This document shows, in pieces, positions 62,543 to 64,000 of a stretch of 64,000 bases of DNA. Made by a program: the position numbers and the translations under genes. Numbering within the stretch: the stretch's first letter is position 1; each line of letters begins with the position of its first letter. The notes below the pieces were generated by a model that worked only from the letters and a program-made list of their open reading frames with translations, did not search any database and was not told the origin of the DNA. Source of the DNA: Podarcis filfolensis (Eukaryota); the NCBI GenBank assembly GCA_964270895.1, contig OZ185453.1; one strand, 5' to 3'.

Positions 62543-64000
62543 TCAGAAAAAGGTTAGTCACATACAAAACTAATTCAGAATCATAGTACATACATGTGCT
62601 TTGTAGTTTTATGAATATGAGGGTACAAGACAGCCAAAAATTTAGATTAGTGACAGAATTTAAGGTTTGAGGTGTTTAATTAAGCTTGCTTTAAAAAAAA
62701 TAATGTATGTGCCAAAGGAAGCACAGTCTGTAGTGTAAGCACCAATATTTAGCATGGGTAAACACTAACTAAATTAGGCAGATTTCTGAAGCGTGTATTA
62801 GGACAGTAATCCTAGCCAATCAACAAGTGTTAATTGAAAAGACTAATTTTCTTGTAAGGTGAACTGGCCCGGAGGATACACCATTTGAAGTTCAAAGTAT
62901 CAAAAGGGCTGAGTGTTGAATAGATGTGAAAAGCCAATCCCCTTTGAGGTAATGAGCTTCAGCACATCAAAGGAGGCGACATCCCCTGGGTTATAAGAGG
63001 GGCCAGAATTTAGGGTATGGGAGAAGATATGGGGTTAGGGCTGGAGTGATGCAATCGGGTAGCATAAAAGGAAACATTAAGGTGGGTTGTGCCCTGCAGC
63101 GCAACATAGGCTGCAGAGAAAGGATAGTGTGGGGCTTATTGTTGCTGCTGTTAGGAAATAAGCTGGTGTTTTGGGCTTCTGCTGTTGTGAACTTCCTCTG
63201 TTGTAGGACTTCCTCTCTCCCCTCCCTGCAGGTCTCAGCAGTCCTGCATGTGCTCCACAGGGTCTCCTAGGTTTGTGGAAGAAATCTGAGGGATCTCCAA
63301 GGTGGAGAGAGGAAGGGCAAGTTCGATTGGCTTGAATGGAAGCCAGTTGTGTAAGCGGGTGGCTATAGTTGGATACCATCCAATACTAAAAAACAAACAC
63401 CACCATGAAGGTAGTTTTCAAACACATTTTGAAGGCACCACCTTCTAGGAGGATGGATCTATGGATCTGCTCAGTGTGACCAATGCAAACAGGGCACACA
63501 AATGATAAATATCCAGGTGCTACCTATATTTAACCATCTACAAGGATGTAATGCATCCGGTGTGATTCAAAGACTCATGAGGACTTCAGACCTTCCAATA
63601 GTTCTTGACGCTTTCCCCTTGTATTAAATTTTAAACTCAGACGATCTAATAAAGACTTTAAGGAGTTCTTGTAAAGCTTATAAAATATGCAGTAATCTCT
63701 TTAGAATCTATAAAGGCTGCAGGCCTCCTAAATCCCTGAACTGGGGCATTTCTGTTAATAACTTTAACATGCTGTTCTAATCGGAAAAGTTAACTGTGTA
63801 AAAATAGCACAGTGAAGTGAAATGTTTATGTTGTGATTCCCAGAACAGATATGTGCAATTTACATATTACAGTGAAATAAAACTGGCCTTTCCTAACTGG
63901 TTTCCTATAAGTGTTAAATTGAATCTGTATAGATTTACATTCATCCGTGTGGGTGTGTTTGTGTGTGTTTTAAAAAGCTTCAGTAATTGCATCCCCTTAA

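Noticed and set aside
62600-64000. Next upstream DNAH6 exon (expected GGRVTD-containing exon)
   Set aside because: No matching reading frame or splice sites found by eye; it probably lies beyond the window.

Overview
Vertebrate genomic DNA, very probably from a squamate reptile. The Sauria SINE, Bov-B and Penelope repeat content suggests a lacertid lizard (inference). Two multi-exon genes converge tail-to-tail, with only about 2.2 kb between their stop codons. On the + strand are the last five coding exons (6-10 by CHRNA7 homology; 1701-41282) of an alpha7-family nicotinic receptor whose sequence matches the non-mammalian alpha8 subunit (CHRNA8). On the - strand are the last eight coding exons (62136 down to 43462) of axonemal dynein heavy chain 6 (DNAH6). 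All 13 exons have canonical GT-AG sites and join in frame. The introns are dense in mobile DNA: an L1 3' end, 8 Sauria SINEs in at least 3 subfamilies, a Bov-B 3' end, L2/CR1 fragments, TA-flanked Tc1/mariner-type MITEs, hAT-type hairpin MITEs, a probable solo LTR, microsatellites and two 134-N gaps. Most notable oddities: (i) a 128-bp perfect palindrome from a Penelope-like insertion that folds back at what looks like helix II of a minimal hammerhead ribozyme; (ii) a DNA transposon carrying a 154-bp satellite array with an incipient higher-order repeat; (iii) a young SINE inserted at a DNAH6 branch point whose target-site duplication regenerates the branch core; (iv) an antisense LTR-like promoter inside CHRNA8 intron 8. 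I found no prokaryote-type systems (CRISPR, operons, defence loci) and no clearly novel protein-coding system. Repeat family names come from recalled consensus sequences, not database searches.
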